From assembly GCA_963767925.1 (NCBI GenBank), contig CAVYGB010000008.1:2048001-2112000 (forward strand): a stretch of 64,000 nucleotides of DNA. Reading direction: 5' to 3'. Source of the stretch: an uncultured delta proteobacterium (GTDB lineage Bacteria > Myxococcota_A > Polyangia > Fen-1088). Both the position numbers and the translations under genes were made by a program. The notes under the pieces are model-generated. The model saw nothing but the letters and a program-made list of their open reading frames with translations. It did no database searches and was not told where the DNA came from. Shown here one piece after another: positions 50,256 to 63,536 of this stretch (position 1 is the first letter of the stretch; each line of letters begins with the position of its first letter).

Positions 50256-50711
50256 TCATTGCCATCGCGTGCCTCGCACCAGACACATCATCTGCTGGAT
50301 ATCGAACGGCTTGTCGAGCACTACGGCGCCGAGACGCACAGCCTCCTCGCGAAGCTCCGGATCGGCGAACGACGAAATCAGGATGACCGGCGTGTTCCAG
50401 TGGTATTGGCGGAGCGCCGTGAGGGCCTGAAGGCCCGTAGCTCCCGGCAGGCGGAAGTCCGAGATGACGAGCTCGACCAGAGTCTCCCCGTCGGACCGGA
50501 GCATCCAGGAATCCACCAGACCAAGCAGCTCCAGACCGTGACTGGCCTCGACCACCTCGATCCCATCGCGGCGCAGGCACGCGGACAGCAGATCCCGGAA
50601 CTCGTCGTCGTCCTCGGCGAGGATGACTCGAGCCTGTATCGCCTCCGGCGTGCTCTCGAGTGCTGCGCCCCGGACAGGTGCGCCTGTGGATGATTGCATG
50701 AGCACCTCCAT
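50256..50711 (-). CDS. Single-domain response regulator
   Basis: ILAEDD, VISDFRLPG, LISSF, DKPFD. Confidence 0.85.
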   Translation of the reverse strand: MEVLMQSSTGAPVRGAALESTPEAIQARVILAEDDDEFRDLLSACLRRDGIEVVEASHGLELLGLVDSWMLRSDGETLVELVISDFRLPGATGLQALTALRQYHWNTPVILISSFADPELREEAVRLGAVVLDKPFDIQQMMCLVRGTRWQ

Positions 50712-50803
50712 CCGGGTTCACCTGCATCCGACGTGCCGCCCCCTTGGCAGCACAAGCTCCGATCCCGCCGGCGCTCTTCGGCTTCCTGGCAGTCGCTGGA
50801 GGC

Positions 50804-52124
50804 TCACTGGCCCGTCGCGCGCAAGGCCGCGAGCGCTTCGGTGTAGCGCGCGTGCAGGACACCGCAGTCTGGCTCGGCGACCTGAACGGCGCTTTCCGAG
50901 TAGATCATCTCGACGTGCCGCCGCACTTCCCGCCGGTGGATCTCGACCGTGGTCGCCTTGCCGATCTGCTCGAGCGCCCCCAGCAGGTGAAGGCGCATCC
51001 CCACGTAAACGCGGCCATGACGACGGATTTCGTCGAAAGCTGCGCCCGGCAACCCGGAAAAGCCGGGGCTGACGGCCACGACACGCAGCCGTCCGTCCCC
51101 ATCCCGGTGGTGTGGCTCCCGCAAACCGCAGCGGGCGGCTTCGGTCAGGGAGGCGGCCAGCCAATCCACACACCTCCTGTCCGTGAAGGGGTCGTTGATA
51201 CCGGGTGAAAGCGCGCGAATCGCGACCTCGGCCAGCTGCCGGATCACGTACTGAGCGTCTTGCTCCTCGGTGCGATGCTCGCCGATGATGAAGGCTTGCC
51301 GCGCGGCCGAGTCCAGCTCCGGCGATACGGCCGCCGCCGGATTACCCGTGAGCAGCGGCGTCTGGGAAATCACGAAATCTCCCGGACGGATGGCGAACCG
51401 CCATACGAGCTCATTCCGTCGCGCCAGATCCAGCCGGACGTCGAGGTCGACCACCTGCAGATAGCCGCTGCGGTCGGCCTTGACCGTGCTGCCATCGGCC
51501 GGCACCGTGGATGGCAGGGGACCGCCCCGGGGCTCTCGATCGACCGGCGCTCCATCTTGCGGTCCCGCCACGACGTGGCGGACGAAGGCGGCCTGGAGCT
51601 GGCGTCCAAGTCCGGCAATCACCACGGGGGCCTGCAGCGACAAGGAGGTGTGGTGGATGAAGTAAACCAGCACGGCGAGGCAGAGAAGGGCGAGCGCGAA
51701 CCCTCCGCTCACGCCAACCTGAGACACGAAGGCGTTCTCCTCCATCGAACGGATCGTCCGCAAATCACCAGGCAGTAGGCAAAAGTCCCGACGAAGGTCC
51801 CCGGGACTGGTTGCTCCGATCCTGCATGAAATTGCGGAGGAGCCGGGGGCCGAACTGCTGCCAGGCCTGCGTCAGGATCACGATGGTTATCGAGAAGGCC
51901 ACCCCGCCGACCGTGATGATCGAAGCCGCGATGGTGGAGAGCAGCGCCCGGGCGCCATCACTGCCATCCTCGTACAACCAGCTCGACCCGGCACGCCCAT
52001 CCCAGACAACCTCGGCCTGCAGGGCCGCCACCGCCAGCGTAAAACCGTAGGCCATCATGGCCAGCGGTATGAAAAGATAGTGCGACCCGAGAGCGTTCCA
52101 CAGATGCCGGAGGCGGGTACCCAC
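50804..52124 (-). pseudogene. DUF2254-family membrane protein, frameshifted near 51780
   Basis: QQFGPRLLRNFMQD; YFIHH; EVAIRALSPGINDP. Confidence 0.75.
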
Positions 52125-52192
52125 CCCCTCAAGATGGGGACTCGAACCGGATCCGGCCCTTGGTCTCTTGCCCCGCTGGGGCCGGTCTGGCG

Positions 52193-52537
52193 TCAGCCTC
52201 GTCTCGCCCGCTCGCCGGGCGAGGAGGCACGCCTCGTCTGTCTGCGCTTGAGGTTGCTGTCGGGCTTCTGCCGGTTGCTCGCTCCCCGGGTCGACTTGCG
52301 GGACGGACGCTTCTTCGAGTCTTCGAGAGCATACGCTGCCTTCCGGGCCGCGGCTTTCGACCGATTGCGGGCGGCCGTGGATGCACCGCCCGCCTTGCGG
52401 TCGGTGGCGCTCACTCCTGGCTGGGCGGTGTCCACGGGGACGTCTCGGCGGGGCGCCTTGTCCTTCTTGGGTCGCCCGGGCCCGGAGCGCTCGGCCTGGT
52501 ATCGGAAGCGCTCGCTCTTTGTACCCATGCCCCTCAT
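52193..52537 (-). CDS. Small highly basic hypothetical protein
   Basis: K/R-rich ORF with YALEDS..RPSRKSTR. Confidence 0.55.
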   Translation of the reverse strand: MRGMGTKSERFRYQAERSGPGRPKKDKAPRRDVPVDTAQPGVSATDRKAGGASTAARNRSKAAARKAAYALEDSKKRPSRKSTRGASNRQKPDSNLKRRQTRRASSPGERARRG

Positions 52538-52657
52538 TTGTGCCGTAGTTTTCGCGGCCGCGTCCCGAACGAGCCGACGGGCGGCCCACCCGGCTGCCCG
52601 ATTTTTCCGGCCCGCGTCTTCTTCGAAGAACAGGTTCTGGCGGGAGGAGCGCCAGCC

Positions 52658-55009
52658 TCAGTCCCGGACGACGAAGGGGCGCGGGCGGGCAGGTGGTGAT
52701 TCCCATACCCCGGCGGCCGGGGGCGCCGACGGCTCGAAGCTGTCCACCTGGATCACCTCGTCCCGCACGATGTCCGCCTCCCGCAGGCGGGCGCGTTCCT
52801 CGGCACTGATCACCCCCGCGGCCAGAGCCAGGTCCGCCGCGCCATCGCCCGGCGCGCGATCGATGACCCCGGCCCGCACCGCGGCCCGGATCTTGGCCTC
52901 GATGGCCAGCGCCTCCTTGCAGTGGGCCAGGGCGTCCTCCAGACGGCCGAGTCCCGGCTCGGCGGCGGGCGGCAGGTAGATCCCGGCGGTCAGCCGCTCG
53001 CGCAACGAGCCGTCGTCGAGCAGTGCCTGCGCGACCTGGGCGCCGCGCTCGTCGGTGGGCGGGCGAAGCCGGGGCCCCCAGGGAAAGACCACGGGGCGCA
53101 GCAGCCAGGCCGCCGGTCGCAGGGGCAGGTTGTCGAGCAGCCCTCTCAGCGCCTCCTCGACGTTGAACGAAGCGTGCTCCAGGCTCCAGCGGACCAGTGG
53201 CAGATCGGCGTCGCGCTGTCCCTCGTCGGCGAACTTCTTCAGCGCCGCCGTGCCGAGATACAGCCAGGCGAGCGCGTCCGCCAGACGGCCGCTCAGCTTC
53301 TCGCGGCGCTTGAGCTTGCCGCCCACGGTGGCCATGGCCGCGTCGGACAGCAGGGCGAAGGCGGCCGATTGCCGCGACAGCCGGCCGGCCAGCCGGCGGA
53401 CCGGCCGCCGCACCGACCTGGGGCCGGAGAAGCGCCCACCGACCAGCCCGCGAAAAAAGGCGCGGGCGGCGTTGCGGAGCACGAAGCCCAGGTGGGCCAG
53501 AAACGCGCGCTCGAAGCGGGCGGCGTCGCCGTCCGCGGCCGCCATCATCTCCTCGCGCACGAACGGGTGGCACCGGATGGCCCCCTGGCCGTAGATGATC
53601 ATGGACCGGGTGAGGATGTTGGCCCCCTCGACCGTGATGCCGATCGGCACCGCGCTGTACGCACGGGCGAGCACGTTGCGCGGCCCCCGGCAGATGGCGG
53701 CGCCCGCCCGGATGTCCATGGCGTCCGAGACCACCTTGCGCATGGCCTCGGTCAGGTAGGCCTTGACGATGGCCGAGACCACCGACGGCCGTTCGCCCGC
53801 GTCGATCGCTCCGCAGGTGATCCGACGGGCCGCCTCCATGAGGTAGGTCAGGCCTGCGATGCGCGCGAGCGGCTCCTCCACCCCCTCGAACCGCCCGATC
53901 GGCGTATCGAACTGCTCGCGCACGAGGCCGTAGGCGCTGACCAGCCGGGTCGCCACCTTGGCGGCCCCGACCGAGAGCGCCGGCAGCGAGATGCCGCGAC
54001 CAGCGGCCAGGCTCTCCATCAGCATGCGCCAGCCCTGTCCGGCGCCCTGCCGCCCGCCGATGAGCAGATCCAGGGGAATGAAGACCTGCTCGCCCTCGAT
54101 GGGGCCGTTGTGGAAGGGCACGCCCATCGGATCGTGCCGGCGGCCGATGGTGATCCCCGCCAGATCGCTCGGGACCAGCGCGCAGGTGATCCCGAGATCT
54201 TCGGCGCCACCCAGCAGCCGTTGGGGGTCCTTCAGCCGGAAGGCCAGCCCGATCAGCGTGGCGACGGGCGCCAGGGTAATGTAGCGCTTGCGCCAGTCGA
54301 GCCGGACGCCGAGGACCTGCTGTCCCTTCCAGGTGCCATGGCAGACCACGCCCGTGCTCTGGGTGGCAGCCGCGTCGCTGCCGGCCTCTGGCCCGGTGAG
54401 GGCGAAGCAGGGGATCTCGTCACCCGCGGCCAGTCGCGGCAGATAGTCCCGCTTCTGGGCCTCGGTCCCGTAGTGCAGCAGGAGCTCGGCCGGTCCCAGC
54501 GAATTGGGCACCATGACCGTGACGGCCGCCGTGATGCTCCGGCTCGCCAGCTTGGCCACGACCGCCGAGTGCGCCTCGGCGGAAAAACCCAGGCCGCCGT
54601 GCGCCTCGGGGATCACCATCCCGAAGAACTTCTCGCGCTTCAGAAAGCTCCAGACCTCCGGAGGCAGGTCTCCCCGCTTCTCCACCTCCCACTCGTCCAC
54701 CATCGCGCACAGCCGCTCGACCGGCCCGGCCAGGAAGGCCTGCTCCCGCGCATCGAGGGCCCTCGGCTCGAAGGCCAGCAGCTTGTCCCAGTCCGGGTTG
54801 CCCGAGAACAGATCGCCATCCCAGAACACCGTCCCCGCCTCGAGCGCCACCCGCTCGGTCTCGCCGATCCGGGGCATCACCCGGCGGAACAGCCGCACGG
54901 CCAGCGGCGCGATCGTGCGCTGGCGCAGCCAGGGCACCACGAAGAGGGAAAGAAGCAGGATCAGCGCCAGGCCAATCACGACCACGGAGACCGACATGAA
55001 GGTCACCAT
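52658..55009 (-). CDS. fadE: Acyl-CoA dehydrogenase FadE
   Basis: MVPNSLGPAELL, CFALTGPEAGSDA, GITVEGANILTR; C-terminal IQVDSF. Confidence 0.9.
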   Translation of the reverse strand: MVTFMSVSVVVIGLALILLLSLFVVPWLRQRTIAPLAVRLFRRVMPRIGETERVALEAGTVFWDGDLFSGNPDWDKLLAFEPRALDAREQAFLAGPVERLCAMVDEWEVEKRGDLPPEVWSFLKREKFFGMVIPEAHGGLGFSAEAHSAVVAKLASRSITAAVTVMVPNSLGPAELLLHYGTEAQKRDYLPRLAAGDEIPCFALTGPEAGSDAAATQSTGVVCHGTWKGQQVLGVRLDWRKRYITLAPVATLIGLAFRLKDPQRLLGGAEDLGITCALVPSDLAGITIGRRHDPMGVPFHNGPIEGEQVFIPLDLLIGGRQGAGQGWRMLMESLAAGRGISLPALSVGAAKVATRLVSAYGLVREQFDTPIGRFEGVEEPLARIAGLTYLMEAARRITCGAIDAGERPSVVSAIVKAYLTEAMRKVVSDAMDIRAGAAICRGPRNVLARAYSAVPIGITVEGANILTRSMIIYGQGAIRCHPFVREEMMAAADGDAARFERAFLAHLGFVLRNAARAFFRGLVGGRFSGPRSVRRPVRRLAGRLSRQSAAFALLSDAAMATVGGKLKRREKLSGRLADALAWLYLGTAALKKFADEGQRDADLPLVRWSLEHASFNVEEALRGLLDNLPLRPAAWLLRPVVFPWGPRLRPPTDERGAQVAQALLDDGSLRERLTAGIYLPPAAEPGLGRLEDALAHCKEALAIEAKIRAAVRAGVIDRAPGDGAADLALAAGVISAEERARLREADIVRDEVIQVDSFEPSAPPAAGVWESPPARPRPFVVRD

Positions 55010-55368
55010 AGGCCCATTTGCCTGGTTCCCGATGAAATACGACCATCGAGCCGGGCTCCGACCCTGCGGCAGCCGCGCGCGGCCCACAGGCTTCACGCCC
55101 GCCGATATTTCAGTGAAAGGGCAGTTTCGGGGCTAAGAAGACCGCTCCGGCAGGTCTACGACGCGGGCAAGCTGGCCGACGAGCTGGCGGGCGGTGGCGC
55201 CTGAAGCAGCATTCGATGGAACGCCCGACGGCCGCCAGGGCATCGCCACGATAGGATCACCTCGCCGGTGAGCGCCTCTCTTCTCCGATAGCGCTGCGGT
55301 GCTGCGGCCCCTCCGTTCCGCGGGCGAACGCCTGCGCCGCCCGGGCCCTGGTAACCTCGCCATCCATC

Positions 55369-55600
55369 ATGGATTCGACCTCTCACGACCTGCTGGTCAT
55401 CGGCAGCGGACCTGCCGGAAGCAGCGCCGCGGTGGCCGCCGCCTCCTTCGGCAAACGCGTGGCCATCGTGGAGCGCGAAATGGCCCTGCTCGCCGAGGCG
55501 GGTGCCAGCCTCTTCGATCGGTCCTGTCTCAATTTTCCAACCCTTGGCAACCTCTACAAGCTGGCCACTTACGACGCCCTCCTGCAACGACTGGACCTCG
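55369..55600 (+). pseudogene. Soluble pyridine nucleotide transhydrogenase (SthA-like) remnant: N-terminus fused to C-terminus
   Basis: DLLVIGSGPAG..VAIVERE joined directly to CLNFPTLGNLYKLATYDAL. Confidence 0.65.
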
Positions 55601-55629
55601 GCGCGAGCGGCGGGATGAAGCCTGCAGCT

Positions 55630-56230
55630 GCCCCGCTGCTGGTCGACGACACGGCCCTGTGGGTGGTTCGCCCCCGGGTCGCACTCGCGGGCGTCTCTCG
55701 TCTCGGGACTTTTCTGGCCGGATCCCACATCACGCTCGATGCCGGAAAGTCCAGGGACAGGCGGCGCGCGTTCACCGGGCTGGAGCCCCCCCCGGCGATC
55801 CCATCGGATGAACCGGGCCGCCCCTTCGTCCTGCGCTCGAAGGACCCGGGCTCGCTGGACGTCGGGTCACCGGTTTACTTCCGACGATTTCGCGTGGGTC
55901 AGGTCACCACCGTCGCCTTCGATCGCGAGGGCGTGAGCCTGCGGTCTTCATCAGAGCTCCCTACGACGGGTTCGTGACCACGGGCGTCCGCTTCTGGAAC
56001 GACAGCGAGGTCCACCTGGCGATGGACGCCACGGGCTTCCGGCTGGACACCCAGGCATTGATGTCGCTGCTGGTGGGCGGCCTGGCGTTCGAGCTGCCGC
56101 CCCGGGCCGAGCCGGGTGTGCGCGCTCCCGCGGGCGCGGAGTTCACGGCCTTTGCCGATCGGCGGACGGCCATGCGCCGCCCGGACGTCGCGACCGACAC
56201 CTACGTCCTGAGGTTCAGGGGATCGGTGGC
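55630..56230 (+). pseudogene. PqiB (MCE/MlaD) remnant
   Basis: WVVRPRV..LGTFLAG; GSLDVGSPVYFRRFRVGQV; VRFWN; frameshift near 55950. Confidence 0.7.
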
Positions 56231-56790
56231 CTTCAAATTCGTCGCGCTGTTCCTGCTCTCGCAGGCCGCCTGCGCAACGTCGAGGGCCGAGCACTTTTTC
56301 GTCCTCACCGACGTGGAACGAGCGGCTTCACCGCCTTCGGGATCTTACGCCGGCAGCCTGGTGGTCGATCCCGTCTCGCTGCCCGAGCTGGTGGATCGTC
56401 CCCAGTTCGTGATCCGGGGCGAGGGCGGCCGGGTCGTCATCCTCGAACAGCAGCGCTGGGCCGAACCGCTCTGGTCGGGCGTCGCCCGGCTCATGGCCGC
56501 TCAGCTCGGGCGTCTTCTGGGAACGACCTCGGTGTCCTCCAGCGACGGCGTGCTGGCGCGGCCAGACCACCGCGTGGCCGTCGACATAAGGACGCTCGAC
56601 TCTGCGCCGGGTCGCGGCGTGACCGTCGAGGCCCTGTGGAGCGTGAGGGCGCGGATGGCACGAGCAAGACCGGGTACTCGCGGGGGCAAGCACCGAGCCC
56701 GGATGGAGACTACGGCGCCCTGGTGGCAGCGCTCGCCCGGGCCCTGGCCGCTGTGAGCCAGGACATAGCTGCCGTGGTGGCAGGCAAGCA
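56231..56790 (+). pseudogene. PqiC-like lipoprotein remnant
   Basis: VSLPELVDRPQFV..QRWAEPL; fused to the PqiB remnant; 3' frameshift. Confidence 0.65.
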
Positions 56791-56884
56791 GCCTCGCTGA
56801 CCCCGGACGAACGCTCTGTCCGACTGGCTGCCGGATCCGGGAAACCATCAGCCTCGATCGTGCCGGCCACCGTGGACGATCGGC

Positions 56885-57331
56885 TCATCCCCTGGGACGG
56901 GGCACGAGCACCAGCGGGCACGGAGCCGTCTTCAGCACCGATCCGGCCACGCTGCCCATCACGACGTGGCGGATTGCGCTGGAGCCGTGGCTGCCGAGCA
57001 CGATCAGCCGCGCACCGCGGGCCACCGCCCGGGCGACAATCTCGTCGGCCGGGGCCCCGAACCGACTTTCACCGCGGCAGGGCACCCCGGCTTGCTCGAC
57101 CCGCGCGAGCCTTTCGGCCAGCGCTGCTTCGCCCGTACCGACCTCCTTGGATCCCGGAGGCACGGGCACGATGTCCAGGGTGGGCGGAAACGAGGCGGTC
57201 CCCACCAGGTGCACGTGCAGCACCTCGATCTCCGCTGACAGCTCCTGGGCCAGCTCCACCGCATGCTCGAGGGCGCGATCGGCCGACGCCGAGAAGTCCG
57301 TAGCCAACAGCAGGACGCCGCCTTTTGCCAT
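56885..57331 (-). CDS. Universal stress protein
   Basis: LLATDFS..MGSVAGSVLKTAPCPLVLV. Confidence 0.9.
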   Translation of the reverse strand: MAKGGVLLLATDFSASADRALEHAVELAQELSAEIEVLHVHLVGTASFPPTLDIVPVPPGSKEVGTGEAALAERLARVEQAGVPCRGESRFGAPADEIVARAVARGARLIVLGSHGSSAIRHVVMGSVAGSVLKTAPCPLVLVPRPRG

Positions 57332-57760
57332 GTCGACAAGATAGCCGACAGACTCGCCGCACGCGAACGCCGCTGACGGCACTCGAGCTGCCTGCCTGCC
57401 CGAACGCCGGAATCGGTGCTCGGCCCCGAAGGCCGAGGATCCAGGCGGAGCGTGACCGATCGCCTCACCCGGACAGTCGTCACGCCGACGTGTGCTGGCT
57501 CGCCAGACCGTCCGGTTCCTGCAAGAGACACATGCCTGCCCTGGACGGCCTCCCTCCTCCCGGTAGTTACTTGGCATACCAATCATTCGATGTTACCTTC
57601 TCTAGTGTCTCCACCGCAGCGGCGCTGGCGCCGGATCGGACGCTGGCCAGGTGAGCGCGGGCGCCCGCGCGCGACCGAGACACGCAGGTTGGGGGTAATG
57701 CGGGGGGCCGAGAACGACGACCGTCGGTGTTTCTCGAACACATGAAGGGAGGCTTGAACC

Positions 57761-57937
57761 ATGATCTATCCTGCTCTGGCCAGTCTGATGATCGGGACAG
57801 TGTTGCTCGTCCTGGGGCTCGTGGGAGTCGTCAAGGGAGCGGCTGGTCTCGTGGCACTTGCGTTTCTGCTGTTTCTCGTCTTCGCGGGGACGGCCGTGAT
57901 GGAACCGCTGGTCCGCGGCCGCCTTGCCCGGCGATGA
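57761..57937 (+). CDS. Small two-TM membrane protein (DUF1328-like)
   Basis: GGAGG RBS; 58-aa hydrophobic ORF read from the sequence (below the ORF-track cutoff). Confidence 0.5.
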   Translation: MIYPALASLMIGTVLLVLGLVGVVKGAAGLVALAFLLFLVFAGTAVMEPLVRGRLARR

Positions 57938-58064
57938 GCGGTCTACCTGAATCGAGTGCCCCCGAGATTAACTGGCATGCCACATGATGGGCGCTGGTCC
58001 TTCTGGCGAAACCGCCCGGAGAGGTCGTCCAGCCGGGTCAGGGCGTGCGGCGAAAGGATGCACA

Positions 58065-59030
58065 ATGGGACGTGAACAAGACAACGATCATCAATGGGTC
58101 ATCGTGCTCGCCGCGGGAGAGGGGACCCGCCTGGCCTCCATCACGACCATGCTCCACGGGCATCCGGTCCCCAAGCAGTTCGCGACCTTGCTGGGGGACC
58201 GGTCGCTGCTGCAAAACACGCTCGAGCGCTCGGCAAACCTGGCGCCAGCGGTCAGGACGGTCGTCGTGGTGGCGGCCGACCGGGTCCCACTGGCCGAGGC
58301 GCAGATGGGCCGATACCCCGGGGTGCAGATCGTTTCCCAGCCGCTCGACCGGGGCACCGTGCCCGGACTCCTGCTTCCCCTCGCCCACGTCCTGGCCCGG
58401 GACCCCCAGGCCCGGGTGCTGGTGCTCCCCTCCGACCACGTCGTCTCCGATCAACCACGGTTCCACGAAGCCTGCCGCCGCGCGCTCCGGGCGGCGGACG
58501 AAGCGCCTTGCGGCGTGGCTCTGATCGGCGCCACCGCCACCATGCCCGCCACCGACCTCGGATGGATCAGCCTGGGGGATCCCGAGAGACCCGGACCCGC
58601 CGGAAGTCCGGTTCGAAGGTTTCTGGAGAAACCCGACCAGGAGATCGCCCAGGCCCTGTTCGAGAGCGGCGCCCTGTGGAACACTTTGATCCTGGCCGCG
58701 ACCGGGAACGCCCTCTGGGCGCTGGCCGCCCGGAAGCTGCCCGCGATCGGCGCTGAGCTGGCCTGTTACCGCGTCGCCATTGGCCGCCCGGAGGCGCCCC
58801 GACTGTTGGAGGACCTCTACGCCCGCATCCCCTCGGCCGACCTGAGCCGGGACGTGCTCGAAAAGGCGACCGGGTTGGCCGCCGTCGCGCTGACGGGGGC
58901 CGGCTGGACCGACTGCGGAACTCCCCAGCGCGTCCTGGATCTTCTCGGCTCCGATGAGGTTCGACGGCGCTTCAGCTCGCACAGTGATCAGGGCGGCGGC
59001 GGCCTGCAGGGGCAAGTCTTTTGCAAGTGA
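58065..59030 (+). CDS. Sugar-phosphate nucleotidyltransferase (mannose-1-phosphate guanylyltransferase-like)
   Basis: LAAGEGTRL, PKQF, PSDH, FLEKP, WTDCG. Confidence 0.85.
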   Translation: MGREQDNDHQWVIVLAAGEGTRLASITTMLHGHPVPKQFATLLGDRSLLQNTLERSANLAPAVRTVVVVAADRVPLAEAQMGRYPGVQIVSQPLDRGTVPGLLLPLAHVLARDPQARVLVLPSDHVVSDQPRFHEACRRALRAADEAPCGVALIGATATMPATDLGWISLGDPERPGPAGSPVRRFLEKPDQEIAQALFESGALWNTLILAATGNALWALAARKLPAIGAELACYRVAIGRPEAPRLLEDLYARIPSADLSRDVLEKATGLAAVALTGAGWTDCGTPQRVLDLLGSDEVRRRFSSHSDQGGGGLQGQVFCK

Positions 59031-59082
59031 AGCCCAGCTTCATTCGTCCAAGAAGATTCGGACCATCGGAAAGGAGGAGATC

Positions 59083-60054
59083 ATGAAAGCGATCGCACAG
59101 GACACTTATGGCTCGGCCGACGTCCTGGAGCTCCGAGATCTGGATACTCCCGCCATCGGAGACGAAGACGTGCTGGTGCGGGTTCGCGCGGCGAGTGTGG
59201 ATCGTGGGGTCTGGCACCTCATGACGGGAATGCCGTACCTCTTGCGCGTCATGGGCTTCGGGCTCCGCGCCCCCCGGACACGGGTGCGGGGCGAGGCCGT
59301 CGCTGGAAGCGTCGAGGCAGTGGGCAAAGAGGTCACGCAATTTCAGCCGGGCGACGAAGTCTTCGGCGTCTGCGAGGGCGCCTTCGCCGAATACGCACGC
59401 GCGAGGCCGGACAACCTGTCGATCAAGCCGGCCAGCCTCACCTTCGCCCAGGCCGCCAGCGTCCCCAACTCGGGCCTGACCGCGCTCCAGGCGCTTCGCG
59501 ACGCGGGCCAGGTCACCGCCGGACAGAGCGTCCTGATCATCGGCGCGTCGGGCGCCGTCGGGAGATACGCGGTGCAGCTCGCCAAGGCCTCGGGCGCCGA
59601 AGTGACCGGTGTCTGCAGTACGGGGAAGCTGGATCTCGTCAGCTCCCTCGGCGCCGACCACGTCATCGACTACACTCGCGAAGATCTCACCCGGACGGGG
59701 CGTCGATGGGACGTCATCCTCGACATGGCTGGCAACCGGCCGTTGTCCCTTCTGCGGCGCGCGCTCACCGCCCAGGGTACCCTCGTGATCATCGGCGGCG
59801 AAGGGGGGGATCGGTGGCTCGGCGGCGTCGATCGCCAGCTCCGGGCGGCGCTGCTGTCCCCGTTCGTGCGCCACACTCTGCGACCGCTGCTGTCGAGGCC
59901 GCGCCAGGCCGACCTGCAGTCTCTGAAGCAGCTCATCGACGCCGGCAAGCTCAAGCCAGTCATGGACAGGAAGTACCCTCTGGCCGAGGCGGCCAGCGCC
60001 ATCCGGTACCTGGCCGACGGGCGCGCACGCGGAAACGTGGTCCTGGAGGTGTGA
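59083..60054 (+). CDS. NAD(P)-dependent MDR-family alcohol dehydrogenase/quinone reductase
   Basis: AGGAGG RBS; IGASGAVG; GADHVIDY. Confidence 0.88.
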   Translation: MKAIAQDTYGSADVLELRDLDTPAIGDEDVLVRVRAASVDRGVWHLMTGMPYLLRVMGFGLRAPRTRVRGEAVAGSVEAVGKEVTQFQPGDEVFGVCEGAFAEYARARPDNLSIKPASLTFAQAASVPNSGLTALQALRDAGQVTAGQSVLIIGASGAVGRYAVQLAKASGAEVTGVCSTGKLDLVSSLGADHVIDYTREDLTRTGRRWDVILDMAGNRPLSLLRRALTAQGTLVIIGGEGGDRWLGGVDRQLRAALLSPFVRHTLRPLLSRPRQADLQSLKQLIDAGKLKPVMDRKYPLAEAASAIRYLADGRARGNVVLEV

Positions 60055-60259
60055 CCGCCGCGAGGCCTCGATCTTTCGCCCGCCGGAAGATGTGGCACCG
60101 GGAGGGCTGACCACAACCGGCCTTCCGTGCCCTGGCATGGAGCCGCTCCCGGAACGCCTGCCAAGCGCTCTCCGCGCAGATCGGAATCGCACCATCTCCT
60201 CTGGCCTTTCGTCTGCGCTAGCCCCACCTTTTTCGGGTGAAGAGGGAGGTGGGAGGGTG

Positions 60260-60667
60260 ATGCCATCTCGAGTACGATTGAGGATCGTGGTGGCCTTCGC
60301 TGTGGTCGGCCTCGGCGCCTGTGCACACAGCCAGCCGATGCAGTCGAGTGCCCTCGTGCCGGCGGCCGAAGGGAAGGTGAAGGTCAGCAGGGGCGATAGT
60401 GGAAACACGAGACTGACCATGGAAGTGAAACACCTGGCGGATCCCGCGATGGTGGCGCCCGGCGCGAGCACCTACGTCGTCTGGATCCAGGAGCCCCATG
60501 CCGCAGCGCAGAACGTCGGCGCCTTGAAGGTGGGCAAGAACCGGCGGGGCGAGCTCAAGACCGTGACGCCCCATCAAACCTTCCAGGTCTTCATCACGGC
60601 CGAGCCCACCAGAGCGGCCCGGGCGCCGACGAACGAGCGTTTGATGTTCGCCAACGTTCGTCCGTAG
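60260..60667 (+). CDS. Lipoprotein (anti-sigma-K C-terminal-like fold)
   Basis: Lipobox LGAC; YVVW..NVGAL..FITAEP. Confidence 0.65.
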   Translation: MPSRVRLRIVVAFAVVGLGACAHSQPMQSSALVPAAEGKVKVSRGDSGNTRLTMEVKHLADPAMVAPGASTYVVWIQEPHAAAQNVGALKVGKNRRGELKTVTPHQTFQVFITAEPTRAARAPTNERLMFANVRP

Positions 60668-60729
60668 GGGCACGAAATCCTGCCCCCTGGCGGAGGGGTC
60701 GTGGAGGCGGCCTACCCAGCCAGCCGCCA

Positions 60730-62922
<2,193 letters not shown>

Positions 62923-63071
62923 GGAGGCTCACTATGGGCCGGCGCGACGGCGCACTCAACCCCTGTCTTGGCGATCGAAGCCTCGCCGCCGGCCGCCCGT
63001 GAAAGAGGTCGGGCATCGGTCCTTTCACACACTTGGCATGCAAACTAAAATCATTTAACTTCCGGCGGTAG

Positions 63072-63536
63072 ATGACCAGGATGAAACCGGAGACCCCGGC
63101 ACTGAGCGGGGTCCTTGCTTTCCTGCAGCTGCTGTGGGCCCTGGATCACGGACTGCACGTGGTGTCGAAACGCATGGAGGCCGAACGCGGAGTCAGCGGC
63201 CAGCAGCGGCTCATCCTGCGGATCGTGGCCGAACATCCGCAGCTGTCGCCGGGCCAGCTTGCCGAGCTGCTCCACCTCGACGCCAGCACGGTGACGGGCC
63301 TCGTGAAACGGCTCGAGAAGCGAGGGATGGTCAGGCGATCGCCCGATCCTGACGACGGCCGGAGGGTGATCATCGGCCTGACCGACAAGGGCCGCCGCCT
63401 GAGTGCTTCCAGTCCCCACACGGTCGAGTCGCTGGTGCAGCAGGCCCTGGCGGTTTTTCCCCGAGCCAAGATCGAGGCCACCGAGGAGGTCCTCAGAACG
63501 CTCAGCAACGTCCTCGAGCGAGAAACGGAGGGCTGA
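63072..63536 (+). CDS. MarR-family regulator
   Basis: LAELLHLDASTVTGLVKRLE..DGRR..LTDKG. Confidence 0.9.
   Translation: MTRMKPETPALSGVLAFLQLLWALDHGLHVVSKRMEAERGVSGQQRLILRIVAEHPQLSPGQLAELLHLDASTVTGLVKRLEKRGMVRRSPDPDDGRRVIIGLTDKGRRLSASSPHTVESLVQQALAVFPRAKIEATEEVLRTLSNVLERETEG

Noticed and set aside
52922..55204. 760-aa plus-strand ORF, and similar long Arg/Gly/Pro-rich alternative-frame ORFs across the window
   Set aside because: High-GC shadow ORFs of fadE and other real genes; no motifs
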